Below, piece after piece: positions 24,229-36,073 of a stretch of DNA of 64,000 nucleotides. The stretch is from Macrostomum hystrix (taxonomy: Eukaryota > Animalia > Platyhelminthes), in NCBI GenBank assembly GCA_950097015.1, contig CATNEN010000030.1, positions 2,666,001-2,730,000 of the forward strand, read 5' to 3'. The position numbers and the translations under genes were made by a program. Under the pieces are notes generated by a model, which had not been told where the DNA came from, did no database searches, and saw only the letters and a program-made list of their open reading frames with translations. Within the stretch, counting starts at the first letter, position 1. Each line of letters opens with the position of its first letter.

Positions 24229-27196
24229 ATGTCCGACACGCAGAGCCACAAATCGTCGCAGCCGCAGACGCCGGTGCCAGATGCGGCACAGGAGCCCAGC
24301 AGCAAGGAGCAGAATTATTTCACAGACAAGACCTACCTGCTCTCCACCACCAACGCTTCGGGCATCAACCTGTTCGATCACCTGGTAACCTGCCTACGAA
24401 AAATCCTAGAGGAGCGTCCTCGTGATGCCGTTGACATCTTCGAGGACATCAGCAAGGAGTGCAAGCGATCGCGGCTAGCCGGCGAGGCCGACAGTATGCG
24501 CAGCAAGCTGGACCGCAGCACGGAAATCGCCCTGGCGGAGATTCAGAAGCGGTTGTTCGGGGTAAGCGCCAATAATAAAAGCCCAGCGTTAAGCTTAAAA
24601 AAGCGCTGTTTAGTCAGACTGGAGCCGAGGCCAGATTGGGCCAGATTTACAACTAGTGGCACAGCTGCAGCTCTGCAAAGTGGCATCTAAAGGCTTGGTG
24701 CAGCATTACAGTCCGCGGACTGGACCAGCTGATGTTGGTACCCGTTTTCCACGTTTTCCCGTTTACCACGTACTGAACCAGAGACTCAGAATCGTGTCTC
24801 TAACGGCCTGACATCATTGGATAAATACTCCCACTTAGAGCAATGACAAAAAACAGGCATCTGCATTGACAGTTAGACATCATTTGAGTTAAAATCATAG
24901 AGGGAAAACCAATTAAGTAATCAGATGATTCAGCCGCTGAATCAGATTGCGCTGCGCCTTTCAAACAGAAGCCCGACGGAGAGGAAGACGAAGCGATGGG
25001 CGAGGACGACGCGGATCCAAGGCTGCCCAACCTGCTGCAGCTCGCCTTCTTCTTTGAGCAGGGCGGCGTTGGTGAGTTACTTGTCGGGATTTCCACTTGA
25101 AAAATGAAGTTTAGGCCATCGACCACAAGTGTCTGGGGAGGGAGTGGCGAAAATAGCCGATAAGGACAAGACTGAGCTTCCAGTTTCTTGCGAAACCCGA
25201 GGCACAGCATGCAGTTCTGGCCGAGTTTTCACGCACCATATGAAAATGACATTTAGGCATCGACCGGGATGAGATCTACCGCATCTGGCTGTCGCTGAAG
25301 AAGCTGGTCGATGAGAAGCCGATTGAGAAGCTGCGCTTCTGGGGCAAAGTGCTCGGCACAGAGCAGAACTACTACGTTGCCGAGGTGGAGTTCCGCGAAG
25401 GCGAGGGTGAAGAAGAGGCCGAGGAGGAGGCCGAGCCCGAGCGCGACGACAAGGACGACGAGGAGGGCGAGGAGGAGGAGACCGAGGACGACACCCCAAA
25501 GCCGAACTTCAAGCCAGCGCCGCCAGTGCCAAAGGAGGACGCTGGTACCGGCGCCAACAAGTACGCCTACTTCGTGTGCAACGAGCCGGGCAAGGCCTGG
25601 GTCCGCCTGCCCCACGCCACCCCAGCCCAGATCCAGGTGGCGCGCCGCATCAAGAAGTTCTTCACCGGCCGGTTGGACGCCCCGATCGTCACCTATCCAC
25701 CGTTCCCAGGCAACGAGGCCAATTACCTGCGCGCCCAGATCGCCCGCATCTCGGCCGGTACTCACGTCTCGCCAAAGGATTTCTACACCTTCGGCGAGGA
25801 AGAGGAGGAGGAGGAGGACGGCGCCGGGCACGAGTCGTGCGCCGAGAATCCCGAGTACGAGCCGCCGCCGGTGCGCGCTCTGGCCGACCCGGAGGCGTGG
25901 GCGCACCACGTGCTGCACATCCTGCCGCAGGGCCGCACCCGCTGGTGGAACCCAGTCCAGACTGACGAGGAAGAGGAGCTCGACGACGAGGAGGAGGAGA
26001 AGGAGGAGGCGCCGCAGCCCCAGCCGGAGGTCGGGCCGCCGCTGCTGACGTCGCTGTCCGAAGACGCCCACATTGACGGCATGCAGCCCTGGACTGTGCG
26101 GCTCTCCTCCGGCCTGGTGCAGCGATTCGCTGTGGCTATTGTCTCCTCCAACCTGTGGCCAGGCGCCCACGCCGTTGCATCCGGAAAGTAAGTGAAATGA
26201 GACCCCTGATGGACAACTCATCTGCGCAATAAACCAACCAGGGAAGTCGCCAGAAAATTTGAGAAACTCTTCGCTTACCAACTATAGATCTGACAACACT
26301 TATAATGACAAGTTTTAGCGCAGCAATTAATGTTTTCTTCAATGAAAAACCCAGCATAAATTAGATATAAAAATTAGAAAGACAAGACGAGAAGAAAGAA
26401 ATCACGACTTAGGAAAGTAAGTTGGTTTGGTTATTTGGTTTGAATTCAAACACTTGAAAAACACAAAATATCTCAAAAGCACATTGACACGACAAAATTT
26501 TGAAATGATGCAAATAAGAATATACAATATACAATAATAAATAATTAAGAATTTATTATTTAAATAATTGCAGGTGGGCCGCGGGCGAAGGCACACTCTT
26601 AGGTGACCCTAGACCCGCAGCCAGCGAGGAGGCAATTCTGCCCATTTCGCTGACTCCTGAGCACACACGCACACAGATACTGTACGCAGGCACTCGGTTA
26701 CACAGGTGTGTACATCTGCCCTGACTTTCTCATCGTCAGGCAGTGTACACTTCACTGTGCCTTGGAGATTGGCCATCAGGGGCGTAAATTGCACGACAAG
26801 CCCCCAAGCCTTCTCTCCGCGGTTGCGCTGCAGAATCGAGCTCAGAGTCCTTGGTGCGAGTGGCAGACACATTATTTAAACCGGGCAAAACATCTGCAAT
26901 CAGATTTTCGGCTTGCTCTTTGAGAGGCCATTTCTCCAAATTCTAAGCCCGGATTATCCACCCGCAGGGTGTGCGAGAACGTGTACATCGGCTGGGGTCA
27001 CAAGTTCACGTCGGAGAACTTTAGCCCGGCGGCGCCTCCGCCCGTCATGACGGAATTCGTCAGCGACGTTCAGCTGCTCGAGGCCGACGATCCGACCCCT
27101 GAGGAGGAGGCCGCTCTCAAGGCGCTGCTGGCCCAGGCTGAGGAGGGCGAGGAGGAGGGCTTCGGCGACGAGGAGGGCGGCGAGGACGACGACTGA
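24229..27196 (+). CDS. RSPH4A: Radial spoke head protein 4/6 homolog, ~531 aa (exons 24229-24561, 24969-25071, 25257-26187, 26968-27196)
   Basis: Motifs [77 protein letters not shown] and [10 protein letters not shown]. All introns GT-AG with consistent phases. RSPH4A vs RSPH6A not resolvable. Confidence 0.95.
26556..26868 (-). mobile_element. tRNA-SINE family B copy in RSPH4 intron 3
   Basis: Reverse complement aligns along most of the 37327-37689 copy; head partly deleted. Confidence 0.88.
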
Positions 27197-27624
27197 GAGC
27201 TGACGGACGCTAGCAGTAGATGGGTTGAACACCGCTATATATTGTTTCTTATTTCTTTTCTTGTTTACAAAGACTGACCTTTGTTTTGAAAATCTAATAC
27301 TGCGTGGCATTGTTACGGAATCAAGCGTACGTAGCTATGAGGAGAGTACAGATTTAACGACTTATTAGTTAAAAATATAAGCGTTTAATTTTGGTCTAAG
27401 TTTTACTTTTAACCATATTTGGGCATTGTGACAAATACAGTTTTAAAGTATCCAGTACGTCAAGTGATGCCCAGTTTATGCTGTGATTTAGTTTTAAAAG
27501 AAAAACTTAATAAAAAAATAAATATTGAAATCGTTCTTTTTCTAAAAGCGCGAAAGCATCGCACAACACTTTTTTCCTATATCGGTTCATAAATTAACTT
27601 TCTTTCAAGAGAATTCTGCTAGCG

Positions 27625-27770
27625 GAATTCCACCAGGGGGATTCCGCCATGGGAATTCCGCCAGGTGAATTCTACTAGGGGGGATTCCGCCATGGGAATT
27701 CCGCGAGGGGATTCCGCCAGGGGAATTCTGCAAGGGGGATTCTGGCAAGGGAATTCCACCAGGGGAATGC
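27625..27770. repeat. Short degenerate tandem repeat (ggaattccgccaggg-like)
   Basis: About 9 variant units. Confidence 0.75.
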
Positions 27771-28285
27771 CGACTCAGATTTCAAATCGTAGTCTTGAAG
27801 CATCCTTTATAGGACCAAATAATTAGAAGCTAAGCAGGCGAGTCGTATTTTTATTCTGGATATTCGATGAATATAAGTAAATAATAAGTTTCTTGCTTGA
27901 AGCGATTTGTATACAAAATAAAAATAAAGAGGTGGAGATAGTGGAGATTTTAGCAAAACAAAATACCTAAAACAAAAACTAAACATAAAGGATAAGACAG
28001 TTTAGCGAAAAAACGGCTCTTTATGGTTTTGCGAACGGTTGTGCATAGTGCTCCAAGAAGGCGACCGAAAGCTACGAGTAAATAAAAATATTTGTTTAAC
28101 TTACAATCTGACAGTCGTTCCTTAACTGAATACGAGTATCACAGACAAGCCGAAGTAAAGGTTTTTAATTATCGCAAAAAAAAATAAAAATGGAGAAAAT
28201 CTAAGAGTACAGACATTTAAACAAATAGCAATGCTGTATATAATTCTCAAAACGCGAAGATTCGTCACACAAACATGTTGGCTGT

Positions 28286-30983
28286 CTACAAGTATCTCGC
28301 TACTAGGAAGCAAGCAGAAAACGGTAAAGCCGCCAAACACCAGTGAGCAGTTACCAACGACCCACTCGACATCACCTTCGTTGGCGCATATAATTTGTTG
28401 TTGTTGTTTCCAGCGGACGGAGGTGACTTCGGGGGTATGCCCCCGATGAGCTTGGCGATGACCAGGGCCTGGAAGGCGGTGCCGTCGGTCTGGAAAAACG
28501 TCAGGTTCGATGCTACGTCGGACTGAACAGAAGCCACAGCTCCGCTGTGCAGGCTAATAACAACTCTGACAGCGAAGAAGGACACCTGGTAGTCGCTCAT
28601 GATGCGGCCAATGTCTCCCCAACGGTCATTTCGCAGAGCGTCGACGAGGCTGAGAGAGATGACGCCTCTGCTGTAGATGGCGTAGGCGCTGTCGAGGTCG
28701 GCCTGCTCGTTGGGGTACACGAACACGTTGCGGCAGAACACGATGACCGTATCACCGAAGGCCCTGCGGCTCCGGTAGCAGACGAAGCTGTCAGCGCTCA
28801 CGATCTGCATGGCCGCGCCGAACGCGTCCGTGATGCTGATGGAGCGGGTGTCGTAGGGGATGGCGATCGCCGCCGTGCGAACGTACCAATATTTTTGTGT
28901 AAGCAAACTGCTCACACTGCCGATGGCATCTGACGGTGACTGCTCAGCCGAGCTGCTCAGCTTGCTGTTGATGTCATCGATGTAGAATCTGTACCAGCCA
29001 GTCATCACTAAATCGGTTCCGACCTCCGTCATCAATTTGATAATCTAGGGAGCGAACGAATTCCAGAGCCGCATAATAATAACGTTAATAATAATAACGA
29101 CTAATTATTATTATTAACAATAATCGAACATCAATGGTGACACCAGACCCGCAGATCAGCGAGGAGGCAATTCTGCCCATTTCTGACTCCTGACTCCTGA
29201 GCACACACACACGCAGATACTATACGCAGGCATACGCTCACACAGGTGTCAACATCTGCCCTGACTTTCTTATCGTCAGACAGTGAACATTCTCACTGTG
29301 CCTTGGAGGTTGGCCCTTGAAGGCGAAAATTTCACGACAAGCCCCCAATCCGCGGCTGCGCCTCAAATAAATGTGGTCTCGCCATGGAATCAAGCTTAGG
29401 GACATTGGTGCGAGAGGCAAGCGCGTTAACCACTCTGCCACGTACCTCCCCCCTGGGCCTTTTACCATTCGTTTAAAGTTGTTTAAATGCAGAAAACTCT
29501 CACCGAGCTTGACTGGTTTCTCCAGAACTCGCGGTCCGTGTCCAAAGTGTCCTTTGACAGGTTGAACAAACGAATTTTGGCCGCGGTGTCCAGGATGATC
29601 GCCTGCTTGAATGTGTGGTGCAGCTCCACCATCATCTTCAGGTATTCAATCAGATCTCCTCGAGCGCAGTCGTTTAGCAGTTTAGTGTACAATGTCTTGT
29701 CCCTGAGCATCTGACGCAGTTCCAGCAGGACCTTTGAGCTCTGGTACTGGGCTGTTTGAGCAATTGGTATACTATAAATCATTGTACGCCGCTACGAGCA
29801 TAAAATTTATCCGAGATGATTGACAGCAGAAAGTCCACGGAGTATTTATCCCCGTGGACTCTACCCAGGGAGAAATATAGCGTGGTAGTTCTTACTACTG
29901 CTAAGAATTTCGAGCTTTGTACTCCTGATGGGCATTGTTAGGTAATCCCTGACAGTTTGAACTCACGCAGCTCGGTGTCAAATATAGCCAGTGCCTGGCC
30001 GCGATCTGTCTGAGCTCGCTGAAGCATCTCCTTGTATCTGTTGAAGAAACCGGCCACGGATGTCTGGTGCTTTCGCAAGTTGCCTGTGACCTGACCGCAC
30101 AGTACAACACTCTTTAAGTCCTTGATAGCGTGAAAATTGGCCTCGATCATGGCATTCACCTGAGGAATCATAGGAGTGGATATAAAAAGCTTCAGGGCTG
30201 AAAATGTAACTTGTATTGAATCTGTTGTGATCTTCTTTGAAGAATGTGATTAACTTTTACGGTTGACACTACTTCTTTATTATGCCGCAGAGTAGTAACG
30301 TTTCTTCACTTACTCTAATAAAAAGGATGCTTAATCTCTCCCGCCTCATCTCTTCCCTGTCTCATCTCATTACTGTCTCAACTCTCCACTGTCTAATTTA
30401 TCCTAATCTCACCCTGCGTCATCTCTCCCCTGTCTCATCTCTCCTCTGTCTCACCTCTTTCATATCTCTCCCCTGTCTGATCTCTCCACAATGGTTTAGA
30501 AGTTGCAAATGTAAGCTACATACTCGTAGCTCTAGAACACAAAGTATTATAGTCAACTGGAACAATATCACCAATCAGGCTTACCTGAATAAAATTTCGC
30601 TCCAAATAAGCGTACAGATCGGCGAACTGATCGTTTTGGGAGAAGAGAGTCAGGCCCAGAATATCGGCCACGACAGACAGAATGGTGAAAATGGGGGACA
30701 GGATCTTCAGCCGGCCGGGCAACTCGGCGAAGACAGTCCCGAGGGAGGAGGCGACCCTAGCGGTGACGCTGAGAACAGCATTTGGGATTTCTGTGGCCAA
30801 CGCGGTGCTCACGTTAGCCCGAAAGGTGGGCCGATCATTGTTCCGCCAAGAGACCGAGATGCTGCTCTCCAGGGCTGCCAGCTGTTGCAGCAAACTGGAA
30901 GGGCTCAGCTGACTGGAGCTGCTCGGCAGTCGCACTAGCAGCAGAATTAGGAGGCAAACAGGTCTAGGCGACATGATTGACAT
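28286..30983 (-). CDS. Secreted, probably GPI-anchored rapunzel/SE-cephalotoxin-like protein, paralog A, ~532 aa (exons 30983-30585, 30159-29967, 29751-29504, 29044-28286)
   Basis: Signal-peptide-like N-terminus, four in-frame GT-AG exons mirrored exactly by paralog B, C-terminal small-residue plus hydrophobic tail. The gene model is solid; the family assignment is inferred from a motif pattern. Confidence 0.8.
29100..29450 (-). mobile_element. tRNA-SINE family B, full-length copy in paralog A intron 3
   Basis: Head gggaggtacgtggcagagtggttaacgcg (box A) on the minus strand, body and tail matching other family B copies. Confidence 0.88.
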
Positions 30984-31485
30984 GCAAGGATTTTCTATCG
31001 GAGAACACTGCGCTAGTATTTACGCATAGCCGCATAGCCGTTGATATTGTGCTAAATATGTGTCTTCTCACACTTTCTCAGAATCTGGTAAACATGTTGA
31101 CAATAAACTTTGACAAATGTACACAATAGAATTAGGAACTTCTCCCCACCCTCCGACCTATCGCTCTATCCTGCGAGCTCAGCTTCGTGTGCACATGAGC
31201 ACACAAGCACGTACTCATTAAAATAGAACTTCCACTTAGCAATTTGCACATTGTTTAGCTTAGCTTAGCTCGTATGAGACTAGATTATGTAGTAAGTGCA
31301 AAATGGAAGTTGAAAACGAGGTCCAATTCCTTTTTAAGTGCAGTTGGAATATGTATAGCGCCGCACGTTCGAATTTTGAAAAGAACATTTCTAGGAAAAC
31401 TCCCAAATTCGCACCCTTAACAGCAGAAGAGAAATCTAACTACATAATGGCACAAGACAATAGTGAAACCACTGAAGCTTTAGCG

Positions 31486-31762
31486 AAGTACATCATAGCA
31501 AAGTACATCATAGCAAAGTACATCATAGCAAAGTACATCATAGCAAAGTACATCATAGCAAAGTACATCATAGCAAAGTACATCATAGCAAAGTACATCA
31601 TAGCAAAGTACATCATAGCAAAGTACATCATAGCAAAGTACATCATAGCAAAGTACATCATAGCAAAGTACATCATAGCAAAGTACATCATAGCAAAGTA
31701 CATCATAGCAAAGTACATCATAGCAAAGTACATCATAGCAAAGTACATCATAGCAAAGTACA
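31486..31762. repeat. Perfect 15-bp tandem array (aagtacatcatagca) x18
   Basis: 18 identical units at 31486-31755 plus a partial unit. Confidence 0.97.
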
Positions 31763-32403
31763 GCCGCGCTGAAGCTACGAGCTCGTATTAATATTTAACA
31801 ATATATATTTCATATTTTTTTATTCCTGGTGTCCCTGCTTTTTTTACTGCTCTTATTTTTAATATCTTTGCTTTCCCCTTCCCAGCTCAATAGTTGAATT
31901 CTACAAAACTTCGCTTTTTATGAATTTTGTTGTCCAGTAAAATATTTGTTGTAAAAATATATGAAAGAATAAAAACAGCATCAATAGATGGCGTGCGCGC
32001 TTTATTAATAATAATTATTAATAATCCTAATTTTATAGCAATTCCAACTGAAGTCTATGTACGTATTTATTTTTTTTAAACCGACAGCAACAACTTAAAA
32101 CAAGTACTATTACTTTCAGATGCATATTAGTCAGTGATTTCCTTGAATTTTCAAATTTATTAAATTACTAGTAGAAATTAAAAATTCTTGATTAAAAACA
32201 ACCTATAGTTCTTGATAATTTACACAGAAATCAAAGCAACCCAAAAGTGAAAGATGGGATACTGAAAACAATAGACTGGTAACTCGACGAATCGAAAAAC
32301 TCTGAAATATATACGAGTGGAGCATGCTAAAGGGCGGAAAGACGAAATTTTAGACCTGGGCTATAAAAACGGGCAGGAGTAAAACTGAATATTAGAAAAC
32401 TTT

Positions 32404-35072
32404 TCAAACATTGGTGAACAATGTACCAACCGCCACGAAGGCAGCTGCTACCACAGGCCATCCAGAAATGACCGCAGACCCTCCGGACTGCACTTTGCTG
32501 GGAGGGACCACCTTGTAGACGGCCGACGGCGACCCTCCCACCAACTTGGCGATGACCAGGGCCTGGAAGGCGGTGCTGTCGGTCTGGAAAAACGTCAGGT
32601 TCGATGCGGCACTCGACTGAGCGGTGGATACCTGACCGCTGTTCAGGTACGCCACAACTCTGACAGCGAAGAAGGACACCTGATAGGCGTTCATGATGCG
32701 GCCAATGTCTCCCCAGCGGTCATTGCGCAGAGCGTCGACGAGGCTGAGAGAGAGGACGCCTCTGCTGTAGATGGCGTAGGCGCTGTCGAGGTCGGCCTGC
32801 TCATTGGGGTACACGAACACGTTGCGGCAGAACACGATGACCGTATCACCGAAGGCCCTGCGGCTCCTGTAGCAGACGAAGCTGTCAGCGCTCACGATCT
32901 GCATGGCCGCGCCGAACGCGTCCGTGATGCTGATGGAGCGGGTGTCGTAGGGGATGGCTATCGCCGCCGTTCGTACATAGAAGTACTTGGCCGCGAGAGC
33001 ATTGCTCAAAGCGCGCACAGCGCCCGATCCGGCCATTGATGCCGTGCTGCTCAGCGAACTGTCCACATCCTGCTTGTAGAAACTGTACCAAGCTGTCGTC
33101 ACCAAATCTGTGCCGATCTGAGTCATCTGATTGACTACCTAAAATGAGTTTTTCAATGCTTTGATTAAATCATGTTGACTATGATAATAATAATTGCAGC
33201 AGGGCTGCGGGCAATGGCACATCGTTTGGTGACACCAGACCCGCAGCCAGCGAGGAGGCAATTCTACCCATTTCTGACTGGAAAAACATCCAAACAATGT
33301 AGCAATTAGCTACATATTACTTTGACTTTGATTCCGAGTCAAAGCTGCAAAAGTATTGCAATGAAATGAAACGAGTCAATGAAAAAATTGAATAAAAATA
33401 TTTTTTGTACCAGTTGATAGAAATCAATATAAATCTAGGACACCACAATAGGCTAATGGAGCAGCAGATCTCACCGAGCTTGACTGGTTTCTCCAGTACT
33501 CGCGGTCAGAGTCCAGCACTTCCTTGCTGAGCTTGAACAGGCGCACCTTGGCCGCGGTGTCCAAGATGATCGCCTGCTTGAACGTGTGGTGCAGCTCCAC
33601 CATCATCTTCAGGTACTCTATCAGATCACCTCGAGCGCAGTGGGTTAGCAGCTGGGCGTACAGTGTCTTATCTGTTAGTATCTGACGCAGTTCCAGCAGC
33701 ACCTTTGAGCTCTGGTACTGGGCTGTTTGAGCAGGTAAGAGGTTGATGAGGAGGAGACAGTGCAACACGAGTGAATTATATGGATGCTTCACACAGCGGG
33801 GCAGAACTCACGCAGCTCCGAGTCAAAGATGGCCATGGCCTGGCCGCGATCAGTCTGAGCCCGCTGCAGCATCTGCTTGTAACGATCGTAAAATCCGTTC
33901 ACTGAGATTTGCAACGACCGGACCTCATTGGATACCTGGCCGCAGAGTACCACGCTTTTCAAGTCTTTGATAGCGTGGAAATTAGCTTCTATCATTGCGT
34001 TTACCTGGCAATGTTGATTTAGAAAACTGAAAACTGATTGATAGGTTGATAGAAACGACACCTAGCCTCAGGTAGGCCAGATGTGCAGCCAGAGGAACAT
34101 GCACTGCAGCGCTTCCAAAGCCTGCGTACAGCTGTCCAGTCCATGGACTGGGGAGGCTGTCACACCCACCCAAATTTCTACCCGAGCTAATGCCGATGCC
34201 CATTTCACAGCTGGGTGAACTGAAGCATCATGGACTAAGATTCCCTCCGGCAAAGATTCGAACTCTCGACCTCTCGTCCTAATAAATCGAATTATACGCA
34301 GTTCTATAAAAAGTAAGCTTCTTGATAGCCTTGCCAATACGAGAAACTACGCAGCCTTGTTTATATATGACTTTCTCATCGATAGACACCGCATCTGTCA
34401 GTTTTGCATTCCTGATCCTGACCCTTACTGTGAGAGATACAATTCAGACTACTGACAACAGTAGAAAAGCAAAGACTTGGCTGCAAAACTCTCACATAAC
34501 ACTAAAAAAGTATCGCCATAAAAATGGCAAGCTTAAAAGAGACTTCTGTGCACACTAAGAGTGGTGGGAGAGGACTGCGTGTGGCTATGGCTGACTGACG
34601 AAGGCAAACAAGCCAGAAACCGGTCTCGGTCTGCCAGCGCGAGGTTCGTTCCCCACTTTTAGTGTGTTACACTTACCTTAATAAACTCATCCTGCAGATA
34701 GGCGTACAGGTCGGCAAACTGGTCATTCTCTGAGAACAGAGTCAGGCTGAGAATGTCGGCCACAACAGACAGTATGGCAAACACCGGGGTCAGGACGCTC
34801 ATAGCCTTGATGCGGCTGCGCCCCTTGGCGAAGGTCTCCACGAAGGCCGAGGTCACGCTAGACGAGATTGAGGCTAGTGCCTTGGGTATCTCGGAAATCA
34901 AAGCCGTGTTAACACCTTCCTCGAACGTTGCCTTATCATTGTTGCGCCACGCAGTGGAAATATTGGCCTCCAAAGCCAGCAGCTCATCAAGAGGACTGGG
35001 AGTTGGCACTAGCTGGCTGAAGCCGGCGGGCAGGTTCGCCAAGATCAGGAGGATGACATTGACACGAATCAT
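32404..35072 (-). CDS. Secreted, probably GPI-anchored rapunzel/SE-cephalotoxin-like protein, paralog B, ~523 aa (exons 35072-34677, 34004-33812, 33722-33475, 33138-32404)
   Basis: Same intron positions and phases as paralog A (internal exons 193 and 248 bp in both); signal peptide MIRVNVILLILANLPAGFS; hydrophobic C-terminus. Confidence 0.8.
33183..33280 (-). mobile_element. 3' fragment of SINE family B in paralog B intron 3
   Basis: Tail segment gcagggctgcgggcaat...ggtgacaccagacccgcagccagcgaggaggcaattct. Confidence 0.85.
34060..34285 (-). mobile_element. Diverged relative of CORE-type SINE family A in paralog B intron 1
   Basis: Reverse complement has box B gagttcgaatc, gcttcagttcacccagctgtgaaatggg, ccagtccatggactggacagctgta and ggctgcacatctg shared with 21634-21948. 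Confidence 0.8.
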
Positions 35073-36073
35073 AGTACCACTTTAGCAGTAATGCTGTCTG
35101 CCTAAATCCAAAAATCGACGCCTTTCTCACAGCTCATTTGCACCTGGCTGCCACTATAATAGGCTCGCTTCTTGAGCACAGGGTATGTACATTGTTGTCC
35201 AATAAGTAACCTACTGTAGACACAATTGTGCAAATGAAGGTGGAACTACCATATCATGTTTGTGTAGTTAATTTTTGTTTTCCTCACATAAATAAGTTCG
35301 CAAGAGAGACTTAAAAGTTCAAATAATAATAATAATAAACACCCAAATGGCGTGACGAAAATATTTCTTGGGTTGCAGCCTTTTGGTTAGAGCTTCGGGC
35401 TCATTCGCAAAAATAATACATAAAAAACTGAATTTAAGAAACAAAAACAGTCGGCTTAATTTGTGTCATTTTTTACAATAATTCAAAATTATTTCGAGGC
35501 AGGTAAGGCAGTTGATAAATAGGTGTATTTGCAGCCTGCAAACAGGGTGTGCATGCCTGGTGTGCACTGCACCATTCACAAAACTAATAGCAAGTGGTGA
35601 GCCCGATTCCAAAATTACCCTCAATAAAGTATTGGTTTGTTAGAGCACTGGCGACACCGGAAAGCAAAATTAGAGAAATAAAAAATAAATTAAGCATATT
35701 AGGCCCTGCCCGTGTACAAATAGAAGCTAGAAGGATAATGGAAGCTCCGCAACAGACAAATGCAACAGACAGGCCTGACAATGACAGACCCGCTACAGTG
35801 CTAGAATTTCATATCAGTACGGTGCGAAAATCTTGGCCTAACGAGTTAGAAAATCATTGAAACAATTGATTCTGTCATTAAAAAAATTATTCAATTCAAC
35901 ATTAAAAATATCTGATATGGAAAGGTTTGTCATTCCGATGCTAAGCAAATCATACTACTTAGGCAACAGGTCAGAATACAGTAGTATACGAGCGTATAAG
36001 CAAATTTCGTAAACAACAGCTAATTGACTAATAGAGTGAATAGTTAATAAAAGCGGATTGTGCGGACAAGCCC

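Noticed and set aside
25253-26281. 342-aa antisense ORF over RSPH4, and similar shadow ORFs over COQ3, DXO and SEC24
   Set aside because: Expected by-products of GC-rich coding exons; no motifs or splice support.
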